From Trichoplax sp. H2 (Eukaryota): a stretch of 64,000 nt of DNA. Location of the stretch: the NCBI GenBank assembly GCA_003344405.1, contig NOWV01000116.1:124001-188000 (forward strand). The letters run 5' to 3'. Made by a program: the position numbers and the translations under genes. How positions within the stretch are numbered: the first letter of the stretch is position 1; each line of letters opens with the position of its first letter. The notes under the pieces are model-generated. The model was not told where the DNA came from. It did not search any database and saw only the letters and a program-made list of their open reading frames with translations. This document shows positions 52,841-64,000 of the stretch, piece after piece.

Positions 52841-53441
52841 AGACAACAGACTGATCAAAGATATTGCGAAAAACGGGCGGGGGAAAGATTTGCAGTTGCA
52901 GTCCTGTTATCGTCAATCTTTCTTTATTTAGGATTGCAAAGTTCGATGATAAACTGTCTTGGAAGAAGCAACTATCCCTATGTCAGGTCTATCAGACAAC
53001 AGACTGATCAAAGACATTGCGAAAAACGGGCGGGGGGAAGGATTTGCAGTTGCAGTCCTGTCATCGTCAATCTTTCTTTATTTAGGATTGCAAAGTTCGA
53101 TGATATTCTGTCTTGGAAGAAGCAACTATCCCTATATCAGGTCTATCAGACAACAGACTGATCAAAGACATTGCGAAAAAACGGGCGGGGGGAAGGATTT
53201 GCAGTTGCAGTCCTGTCATCGTCAATCTTTCTTTATTTAGGATTGCAAAGTTCGATGATATTCTGTCTTGGAAGAAGCAACTATCCCTATGTCAGGTCTA
53301 TCAGACAACAGACTGATCAAAGACATTGCGAAAAACGGGCGGGGGGAAGGATTTGCAGTTGCAGTCCTGTCATCGTCAATCTTTCTTTATTTAGGATTGC
53401 AAAAGTTCGATGATAAACTGTCCTGGAAGGAGCAACTATCC
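52841..53441. repeat. Near-identical tandem repeat, ~3.9 units of 153-155 bp, plus a diverged partial copy at ~52606-52735
   Basis: agacaacagactgatcaaaga starts at 52841, 52994, 53148 and 53303. Unit length varies through A and G homopolymers. Confidence 0.97.
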
Positions 53442-54805
53442 ATGATAGTAGAGGATGGTTACAGGACTGTCATTGATTTGGTTACCGAGTAGAGTATTGT
53501 GCCGACACAAGTGTAGTTCAAGACTACTTTTGAACACCGCTGCCATGTTCAAAGTGCCGCTAATAGGCCGTAGTTGTAGTTGGAAGTTCTTTCAGGTGCC
53601 TTTCGGTCAGGACATTTGCCAATGTGGACCACGGCTATGGCGCATAGAGTGTTACTGCTAAAAGTAGTCAATGTCGCTCTCTTGAATAACTTTATACAGT
53701 AGCCCACAACGAATGATGTCCTTGTCGTACACCTGTACAGGCACGCCTCTGATAGCCTGTTGAGATGAGAACGATGACCAAACTAATTTAGCGTGTTGTA
53801 ATCCTTGATTCTGTTTTTGGACCCAAGAGGCATGTTGAATTTTCTCCCAGCACCAACAACATCGATCGATCAATGTCAGAAAGCATTTTCTCTCTTTGGC
53901 TTTCGCTGAAACATCTGCTTGTGGATACTGTATAGAGAGAGATAGATGGAATAGTTACAACATGTAGAGCAATCACTTTCCAACGGGATAGATCCGTCTG
54001 CAGACTGTAGTATGCTTTGATTGATGCCTTCACGGAATGCAACTGTCCTGTCAACATAGCCACCACTGCCATGGTATGCAGAATGCGCCCTAAATCACAC
54101 CAACGCAAAGGGCAAAAGGCAGCTTTGATCCTTTTCTCATCATCATGTCCATGTTGATCTAGTAGTCCATGCTGACTGGATGAGTCATAAACTCCTTGCA
54201 AATAAAGTGGACATTCTTTTGTCGACCGGCATGTTGTCCATCCAAGTATCGATCGCGCATACAGCCAACAGCGATCCATACTACCGTATACAAGTGGATC
54301 TTAATGGCGGAAACGTAAGGCCCACAACCATTTGCATACCAATAGACTATTGGATAAATCAGGCAAATTGCACATCAAAGGCTGTTACTAGCTTATAGTA
54401 AAGCAAAGCCTTGTGGCGTTATAGAAGCGAGCGACCTCCCGCGCTGCACTAGAATCTCCTGAGCGGTCCATATTAACATCCTATTGACGTTGATGACTAA
54501 CGTTAGCGAATCGACTGGCAGTAAATTGTGGAAAGTTCATCGATCCTACGTTCATTCTGCAGTGGCAACTTGCCTAGATCACAGTTTAAACGACTAAAAA
54601 TAACCTTATTACGCACCTGCTGCTACTGACGTAAATTGGACGCCAAAACAAACACGGAAGCAAATACGATCATTCCTTAATTCAATATATTGTACGCTGT
54701 ATTTTCTGTGCTAGGTCGGTAAAATCAAGCCGTTTCTTTATCCAATCGGTCCCAAATTTTGTAGTCTATTTTCACTGCTTTTTTACAGTATCAAGGTGGA
54801 GAAGG

Positions 54806-57800
54806 ATGATGATGGCAAAATTATCTTGGACGGGCTTCCTATTATCAGTATTGACCATTTTTTCCTGCTGGTCCACAGCACGTAAGTACAAGATTGTTTC
54901 TTTTAGTCAGTCAAGATTGTTTCTTTTAGTCAGTCAAGATTGTAGTCATACTGGCAAGATGGCAATGCAGTTGTACTACTACAAATAGTGTCCATTGCAT
55001 TGAAAATATAAAAACATAGTATATGGACCGTTATCCAATGCTTACACAGTCATGCTGAGGCAATATTGCGTGAAAAAATTCAATCCATGCTTTGCTATCA
55101 TCATAACTATGCGTTTGGTATGTTACTCACCACGATGAAACAGGAGTAATTGAATCTACTGGCCAACTTTGATCATGCATGGCTATATCCAAAGAGCAAA
55201 AATTCCAAACATTTTCAATTGGAATTGGATTTAGCCGTTTGATGTACTGTAGAGGGTGTCCTTTTTTTAGTCGCCATTGGATCGAAATGGCAGTGTTGTC
55301 AAAAAAAGGCGGAAAAACCATGTGCTGATTACCGGCCATCATGCATTTTTTCATAAAAATCGACATCATCAATGCGTGATGGACGAAAAAATAACTGAAA
55401 CAAGGAATCAACCATAGTTAATCATATTCGCCTATTTTGAAAGTGTTCAAAATCTGCAGACTATTGGGTAATTGATTTGGATTGCTCTCTCTGCATCGCA
55501 ACTACCGTAAAAGATTCTATCAATTTTTTCCTAGAAAATGGATACGTTTCGAACATGATTAACTGTAAAGTTGCTTATGTACAGTTCGTCATGATCTTCT
55601 TGTACAGATACCTTATTCTTATAGCGCAATATTCACATTTCTTTACAAGTACCTAACGAGCAAGCGATATCTTGCTGCGATGATCGCTAGGATGGTATTA
55701 CAACGAATTGTGGATGCCCGCTTTATTCTACAATTTTAAGAGTACTGCGAAAAGGAATGTAGAATACGACTCTTGAAATACATTGATATTTCTTTTGCCC
55801 ACTATAGAACGACTATAGAATAACACCAAATGCAGCCATATCGGGCTGGTTAACCATGCATTAAACTCCCAAATTGAAAAGGCGCGTAGTGAAGTATATC
55901 AACCAAATGAAATTATAATCATACTGTGCAAGAGTGACTAGTCATTGCTAGGAATATCGTAGGCTCTCAACTAATGATAACTGCTCGGCTTGCGATGAGA
56001 AATAGGAGAGGGTAAAGATAGTTTTGATAATTTATTGTGCATTGCACATATTACAGATGCTAATTGCTTACATAAACTTTCAACTCACACCAATGCAGGA
56101 AAAACGGATACTTTGGGAAGTAATTCAAATAATTGTAAATACTGTAGTAAACATGTAGTCGGTTAACCTTCTACCCGATGCTACATAATAATCAAGACAT
56201 ATTACGAATGGTTCATGATTACTTTTGCTTTCAAGCCAGATTACGTTCGCAAATATAGTCACAGCACATTTTGCAATCGTGTAAAAATGGGCTTGCATAC
56301 GGCGCAACTTCATGCTTTACAAGTAAACTCCACGTCCTTATGAAGGCCAAGATGAGATAGAGAAGGGTTGGGTTAAACTATTGCTACTATAGTTGCTACA
56401 CTAAGATTATTACTAACTGCAGTAGTTGCTACATCTTCAGAAATGCTTAGTTCCTTCATCGATTAATTATCTGCTATCAATTTTTAGTTTTCATTCTCTC
56501 ATTATTTAAATAGTGTATGCTACCTACGATTGGCTACTTTTAGACTATAAACAACTGGTGTAACCGGGTAGGATAATAGATGATGGATAATAAAGAACTT
56601 ATGATTAGTATTCTGCTGTAGTGAACTCCGAAATGGTGCATGTTTTTATTCTACTGCTTTCTAATGCATATGTTAAAGTGGATTAACCTTTGCAGTATCG
56701 TCGGCCAAATAAAACGTATACAATACTTTACAACAGGATAAGTTTCCTTAACCGATTGTAAACTATATCATTAGGTTGCATCTGTAGACTGCTGCCATGA
56801 CAGTGCTCCATCGTCTCACTGATATAGTAGTTTAGTTTCAAAGTTAACAATAAGTATAAATCAATTTATTTCTTTCCTACCAATATAGATGCATATGGTC
56901 ACTTTGATGGTTTAGGATATGCGTATTACGATACTACTTCCAGTCGTACCATTTCCTCACTCACTAATACAATATCGATGCAATTAAAAACTTTTGCTAC
57001 GGACGGCGTATTGTTAATGGCTACTGGAAATAATAATTATATAGTAGTAGAATTGCATGCAGGTTATGTCAGGCTAAGAATCCGATTTAGTGGCACAACT
57101 GGAGCTGATTATATTATTAGCAATGGCGTTAAAATTTCCGACAATCAATGGCATCGTGTGGAATTTACACGCGATCGATTTTTTGGATCTTTGACTGTCG
57201 ATGGCATTAGGTCTCCTAACGATTACCGAGATCAAGGTGAACGTGCTAGTATCATTATCAACCAGATGATATACGTTGGTGGTGTCCCTAGCAATATTAA
57301 CGCAGCCAGTAATTTATACACACTACGCAACTATACTGGTTGCTTACGTTATGTCGTTTTCAATGGAATTACAATCCTTTCTAACGCACTCAGTAACCAG
57401 GTAAGTTATGGTTATGTTGGTAAAATTACGAATAGCACTGATTGTGAAACTACGCCTGAACAATTTGTTGCGGCTCAAGTTCGATCTGAAACTTCAAGTA
57501 TTACGACTTCATGGACCCCTTCTAGTCGATGTGACTACTCATTTGAATTCTGGTTTCGCACTACGGATAGTGGAAATAACCGTGAATTAGTTTTTCTTGA
57601 TGCAACGAATAGTATTGTTATTAATTTGAATGGAGGAACTGTTACAATGCTATTGTTTGGCACCTTTAACGTTCACAACTTTAAACCTAAAGTCGCTGAT
57701 GGATCCTGGCATTTGCTTAAATTAACAGCATCGTGTACAAACGTTCGCGTATACGTTGATGATGATTCTTCGGTTATTACTTTTTCCCAGACTTTGACGA

Positions 57801-60737
57801 CACAACAAAGTCCACAGATAACTATCGGTTTGAAAAATATAAGGAGCTTTACTGGATGTGTACGAGGCATAAAGATAGATAATGTCTTAGAGCGAGTTGG
57901 TAGTAATAAATTTATCCGCAGTGGTATTTCACTTAATAGTTGCCCCATTCAAAATTTCTGCCAACCATTCTTCCCTTGCTATAATAACGCTACGTGTACT
58001 AGTTCTTCCACTTCATTTACTTGTAATTGCGGCACTAACAGCAACTACGAAGGTTTCTATTGCCAAACATGTGAGTCACTTACAAAACCATAACGAAATA
58101 CTTCACTATTGTAGTGCTCATTATAATCAATTTCTACTGTATACTAAAACGATATAAATTCAATTCAATCATGCTATCAATAATAGATAAGTATCGAAGA
58201 AATTGCGAAGAAATTTTTATCGCTAACCCTTCCTCTCCAACCGGTTGGTATACAATCGATCCGGACGGACCTCATGGGCCCAATCTTCCGTTCCCAACTC
58301 AGTGCTTTACTGACTCTCGTGCTACTACTCAAGTATCTAATAATCTGGAAGGCTTTGCGAGAGTTCCCGTCTCATCTCAATATATTGGTCCCGGCAGTTT
58401 CGTTGCAAATATTATTTACCGCGATGGCCCAGCATCATCTATAAAGAATATAAGCATTGGGCAAGCTGCTGCCTTAGCTGATATCTCTCAAAGCTGTTCA
58501 CAAACTGTAACGTATCGTTGTATGAAATCAGTTCTTCTTAATACACCTAACACCCCCTACGGCTGGTGGGTATCAAGAAATGACGAAAAAATTGTAAGCT
58601 GGGGCGGAGCACCTACTAATTCAATGAAATGTAGTTGTGGTGTTACTAACAGTTGTTATAACAGGACTAAAATGTGCAATTGTGACGCCAATCATGATTC
58701 AGTACGGGACGATTCCGGAGCTCTGACAGATAAGAGCCGCCTTCCTGTCAAACAACTAAAATTTGGTTTCGAAGATATTGGAAGCAGTCCACTCGCACTT
58801 TATTCTCTTGGTAAACTAAATTGCAGAAACAGAGGTAATTGCTACGCTTGTAAATATACTGAGCTAATTATTGATTAATAGTATTATCGAGCGCTGCCTA
58901 CTAGTGATTCCTACTTGTCTGTTGATTTAATACTACTGAATAAACTAAAATTTTATTAAGTACATTTAAATGCTTTATATGGTTATCTAGCAAATCCTAT
59001 GCACGTCATTACGTTTACAACACGCGAGTCAACAGTTCAATTCCCGACTTGGCAAGCTGAGTTTAATGGCTACATAGAACTAGCGTTTAGATCTAGTATT
59101 AGTAACGGTGTGTTATTGAAGAACACTGGTAGATATGGATCTTTCATAAGATTAGCCGTGCAGCCAAAATTGATAACGTTAAATTACAATCTTGGGCAAG
59201 GTGGCGGCAATCAGGTTCTTCAAGTGAAAGCCGTAGGTAACACAGGTTTTGACGATAATGAGTGGCATAGAATTCGACTATCTTGTGCGTTATATCGCAC
59301 TAGCTTAAAAGTTGACGACCAACCGGAAGCTACAAATTCTTCTCTACCTAATTATCAGTTAGTAAGGCTTGATATCGATAGTCCTCTCGTGCTAGGTGGT
59401 GATCTTACCAAGTAAGTTTGCACACATTTGCTTAGTTAAATCTGATCTTCCATACAATTTTATCGTAAAATGCGATAGAAGTTAATTGTTTTTATAAAAT
59501 GTTATTTTTTCTGCGAAAATGAGCAGTGGAATGAATGGCTATGTAGGTTGTATTGGCGATTTATATATAGGCGAAAATTTAAAGAAGTTAGATACTATCG
59601 TTGCTGCTATTGCCGGGGTGAGAAGCGGCTGTGGTAAGGCATGCTCCTTAGGTCCGTGCCAACATAATACATCTTGTACTGGAGATTACCTTAACTTTCA
59701 GTGTGACTGCAAGAATACTTTATGGACTGGACGGACATGCCAAGCACGTAAGTTTCAATTATAAAGAACTCGTTATTGTGATTATTGTAAGCAGCAATTG
59801 CTGAAATGTTTCATTCCTATAAATACATAAATTGAGATGAATATTATAATGGTTAAATTTCTGAAATGTCATAAGTATTCTAAATGGTAAAGTTTTATTC
59901 TATCGATATTATTTCCTTTCAGCAAAAGGAGCTCATTTTTCTGGTGGTAATATTATCGAATACAAGGCAAATGAAACTTTAGCTAGCCTTGCTAATGGCA
60001 CCCAAGACATCAGTTTTAATTTTGTCTCCAATGCAACAACTATTAAAATTTTTGATATTCAGACTAACAATGGGCAAAAGATAGAATTTGGACTAGATAA
60101 CGGTCAGGCATACCTTTCCGTGAATAGCAATCGATCTCCATTACAAGGATTTATAAGCGACGAACAAAGCCATCAAGTCATTATTAGCCCAACTACCAAT
60201 TCAATTTCAATCGATGGAGATCGCAATGTGTTAGGAAGTATTCCTTCTGTTTTAGATTTACCGACAGTCCAAATAGGGAGTTCTGGCAATAGTAGATTAA
60301 CCTCGATGTGTGTTTATAACGTTTCATTCATCGGCATACCAATTATGGCTTACGCGTTTAGTAATGCTCAAAATCCATCTATTACATCAACACCTAACTC
60401 TGGAAATCAAGGAGCAACAGAATCAGTTTGTGTAGCCGGTAATGTCATAAAGACTCCGGCGCCTACTACACCTTCAATTCGTGCAACATCACTAAGTACG
60501 GGAGCTTCTACTACAGCAAGTACTCAATTAGTAGGAATCCCTCCAGGTGGAATTGTAGGTATAGTTATTGGTCTAATTATTCTTATGGTCATCATAGCGT
60601 GGGCGTACATAAAATTTGCAAATAAAACTAGAGGCAAATATTCGATTAATACAGAATATGGCAAGACTAACGCTTATTCTGATGCAACTTTGAATACGGT
60701 CAACGCTGATAAGAATCCGAAAGAATGGTTTTTATAA
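54806..60737 (+). CDS. Caspr/Neurexin-IV-like cell adhesion protein (SP-LamG-LamG-EGF-fibrinogen-like-LamG-EGF-LamG-like-TM-short tail)
   Basis: The signal-peptide exon 54806-54881 splices in phase to 56889. It is followed by LamG motifs (SDNQWHRV, YVGG, YTGCLR, DGSWH, FTGCVR), EGF (CYNNATC...FTCNC), a Caspr-type fibrinogen-like region (YTIDPDGP, CSQTVTYRC, WWVSR, WGGA, CNCDA, LTDKSRLPV), a TM helix, a juxtamembrane TRGKYSIN motif and a PDZ-ligand-like end KEWFL*. Confidence 0.9.
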
Positions 60738-62270
60738 ATTAATTCAAAACGTTAAAGCTTCGTGTCACTTTTTAATTTTATGGCTATTGAAAGATAAAAG
60801 TTTAAATTAGTATCTTTTCAAATCATTGTTTTGTGGTAGGCTATTCAAAATCCGAAAAAGAAATGCCGCTTATATCTGCTAATGTTAAGTCAATGGTGCA
60901 GCAGTACATAGTCTAAAGTATTTCATGTACAGTATGCACGCAATCTGCAATTTCATTATGATTGTACCCTAAACCAAGATGTATTGTAGTACTTTTTAGT
61001 ACATTCTTAATTCTTTCATTTATCGTATACTGTGACGCAAATTGTATTACAGGTATTCGAAGTAAAATTATGATATAGCAGATACAATGGCATAAAATCC
61101 ACAAATACCTTAATTATTATATCAGGTTCTTTTAAATTCATGTATTCTTTCTATACTCAAAATGAAAGTAAGTAATGATTATTGCCGTTATTGCATTTAA
61201 TAAGCGTTCTTAAATAATATGTAATATTAGAATTTATGCACCTGTAGTACAGTAGTATTAGTGGGCTATCGATAGATAAGGTTTGATAATACCTTGATTG
61301 ACTATGTCAAAGTAAATCAGGGCATATTTACAAGTGCAGAATACTTGGTCATTTTTGTGAGTATCTATACCGCCTGTAAATGAAAGTAGACACCTTTGCC
61401 GTGAAAAATCTTTATGGTGATAACGGCGAGACTTACAATAATGAGAGATTGACATCTTGTACTTAAATTTGTTAAGACAGCGTATTGTGGTTTGACCATG
61501 TTGTGCAATCGATGCTTTTTTGAATTTTCTTTCTTCATTTTGTCGTCTATTCTGCTTGTTATTTGACTGCATGTCGGCTTTCTTAAATTTAGAATTGCAT
61601 ATGACCTCTAGTATTTATTTTGTTACCGTTATATGTGCTGAATTTTTCTGGCCAGTTGATATGATAGCCTAGTATACAACCAGTACGACAAGAACTACTC
61701 TATATCTTATGCCAGTGCTAATTACTGGAACTGACTATCAAACATAACTTTAAAATAATTTGTGCATTATAATTTACAATGTGTGCAGTATTATATAACA
61801 AATAAAGGAATTTCTTTAAAATAATTGTTTGCCATCTCTTATTACGTATTCTAATTAATGAAGTGTATGAATTTATGACATTATGTATCATTTCTACTGC
61901 TTCATGGTTGATTTGTTTTGCATTCTCGTACCGAAACCCTCATTTTTTCTATTGTTTTGTTTTATTGACAAGTAAGGCGATATTCAAATCACTGTTTTTG
62001 CAATTTCACAGACTATTTATGGTATCAACGATAATTTAAATAAAAACGGCATAAAATGTGGTAACATTTTGGTGATTCCTGCTGTTCAACACTAGTATCA
62101 GTAAGTTGATGGCCGATTAATTTTCTGATTAAATCTTGTGGGTCATTCTACTATAATCATTAACTGTGAATAGATAAAAATTGCAGTAAATGTTGATTAG
62201 ATTTTAAATTAAAAATGCTTTAACGATCAGGTAATAACATGCATGTTATCATGATCAATTTCAAATATAC

Positions 62271-63846
62271 CTGATGCTGAAATTGCAAATATTGAAATAG
62301 TCAACGCCTTTTTAGATTCGTAGCGATACTCCTAAAAAACAGGACTCGAGATTCATTTTATTTTCGTCTATCTATTGTAATCTCATCGCTTGAATTAATC
62401 GAGTTATCTTACGAGCGCAAATTAATATCATCTCTTTGCTATAGATAAAAGCACTTGGCAAAAGCCATGTTACTAAAGTCAATTTGTAATTGACTAAAGT
62501 TTAATTATTGCGAATAATATTTTACGCCAATTAATTGCTAGGGTAGTGAATACTGAGCTGACTGATTACTGCAATAAGCGAAGATTTCACATTCGTAATA
62601 GTTGACTTATCGTGAGCAAACTTTGTCCATTTAATGTTAACATTAATTAACGATCTCAAAATTAAAACTTTGGCGTACAACGTTGTACTATTACAATCAT
62701 AAGACAAAAAACTCCATTATAGTATCTTGGTACAGTAATATTACATATTAGGTACAGTCTAAATATTAAAGCTGTACAGCACTGTCTTCGAGTAGCCAGT
62801 CTTTAACCTACGGGCTTTTATTGTATCTCCTCGATTTATATGAATCTATTTTTTCAATATTTTATTTTCTTTCTTTCTGTTAATACGTAATCTAAACTTA
62901 TCTAACTACCCATTAATTTACACATTTTATTTACAAATTTTATAACTTTTAGATAAAAGCATTATAATTTATTTAAACTTAGTCTAATTCGCTTGCATAT
63001 CATCGAAAACTAGAAAGCGTCATTAATGCCAGTAGGAATATTTACAAAAGTATATAGAAATGTAAACTTGCCAATCCACAGGATTGCTGAATTTCATGTC
63101 TTATGCTGATGTCGTAACGCGGCTCGAATTTAGCCAATTGCATTGCATTTTAGATAGCAATTGCAACAGGAAGCGATACTCATGTACCGATTTAGATTGT
63201 ATGCCAACTCGTATGAAGTAAATTTAATCCAATTGAAATCAAGTGAAATTATGTATCTGCCGTTGAAAGTCTGCAACTGAATTCATTTATAATTTACAGT
63301 AGCAGTATTCTACAATTTGACAGCTACAGGAACTTTATGGAAAGTTAAGTGGACGCCCATAAATATACTTATATTATTAGTCGACGTTGAATGATAAAAG
63401 TTCACAATGATTGAAAAGGAAATACTGATTTTAATTCGTGGAGAGATTCCATTTTTCATTTCTAATATTACTTCTGAATACTAATTGTAAACACTATCCT
63501 GCTTTAAGCCAATTACCAGTTTATACTTGGGAACGCGACCTACAGTAGTAATGGCGACTTCCCCATTACATATCCTTAAAATTACAGTAAGTAATTGTAT
63601 TTCATTGCTGAGATGACTATTGGCATCGTCATACGGTCTTCACAAATTTTAACCGGCTTCATTATTAATAATCGTTAGTATCGTCAAGGTTGCATAATTT
63701 GATAAAACAGATGACTTGTAGTCATTTATTGTAGAATAGTAGAGCAGAGCGTTTACTTTGTCCACTGTTAGGAAAGACTGTTGTCTTAAGTACCTTAATC
63801 GAGCAGATTTGGATTTGGCTACAAATGAAGGCATGATCAATTCCGC
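62271..63846 (-). CDS. Possible internal exons of an unidentified gene entering from the right edge
   Basis: Open segments bounded by AG/GT on the minus strand: 63654-63846 (AELIMPSFVAKSKSARLRYLRQQ...) and 62271-62331 (EYRYESKKALTISIFAISAS). I could not assemble a full phase-consistent model or recognise a family. Confidence 0.25.
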
Positions 63847-64000
63847 CTATTTAAGCTAATACTTCAAGCAATAAAAGTGGATTCTGGGAAGATTTATGCG
63901 TGGCTTCGGCTTAATTGAACAAACTTTTTTCCATTCTTCTATTTTAATCACTATCGCACAATAAATTTTCGAATAAAGCTTTTTATCATTGAAATTGATC

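Noticed and set aside
52934..53492. Repeated ORFs such as MEEATIPMSGLSDNRLIKDIAK as a repeat protein, or the array as CRISPR-like
   Set aside because: Unit lengths of 153/154/155 bp shift frame each copy. Whole units are near-identical with no unique spacers, and the context is eukaryotic with no cas genes.
54890..54941. 23-bp direct duplication just after the Caspr-like exon 1 donor
   Set aside because: Simple slippage duplication in an intron with no evident function.
27702..57948. Antisense or alternate-frame ORFs over real exons (27702-27902, 37248-37493, 57408-57590, 57673-57948; likewise 3957-4199)
   Set aside because: Shadow ORFs of genuine coding sequence.
61258..61572. 104-aa basic minus-strand ORF
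   Set aside because: It could be the terminal exon of the right-edge gene, but I could not link it in phase or recognise any motif, so it is left uncalled.

Overview
AT-rich, intron-rich eukaryotic DNA from an early-branching animal. Compact genes with many ~70-150 nt GT-AG introns, intronless divergent GPCRs and an Apaf-1-like NB-ARC gene point to a placozoan such as Trichoplax; this is an inference. Genes in order, spliced by hand from GT/AG sites and frame continuity: an unidentified partial gene (-), PEX12 (+), ORC4 (-), an intact ~20-exon Apaf-1-like NB-ARC/WD40 gene with no visible CARD (+), two paralogous intronless class A GPCRs with non-canonical motifs (+), a rearranged block at 38.8-43.7 kb, PSMA2 (-) head-to-head with HIBADH (+), COX14 (-), a ~154-bp tandem repeat, a Caspr/Neurexin-IV-like gene (+) and possible exons of another partial gene (-). 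The rearranged block holds two versions of one locus on either side of a 20-N gap. It contains a 28-bp-TIR-bounded segment present in both orientations and a fibrinogen-like-domain pseudogene. Best leads: (1) the TIR-bounded inversion/deletion polymorphism; (2) the apparently effector-less Apaf-1-like STAND protein; (3) TACAG/CTGTA-rich tracts marking housekeeping promoters; (4) a gene set whose human orthologues lie on the four Hox-bearing chromosomes although no homeobox is seen here; (5) a non-canonical Walker A in ORC4. I found no rRNA, tRNA or CRISPR array, and I cannot claim a clearly new multi-gene system from the sequence alone.
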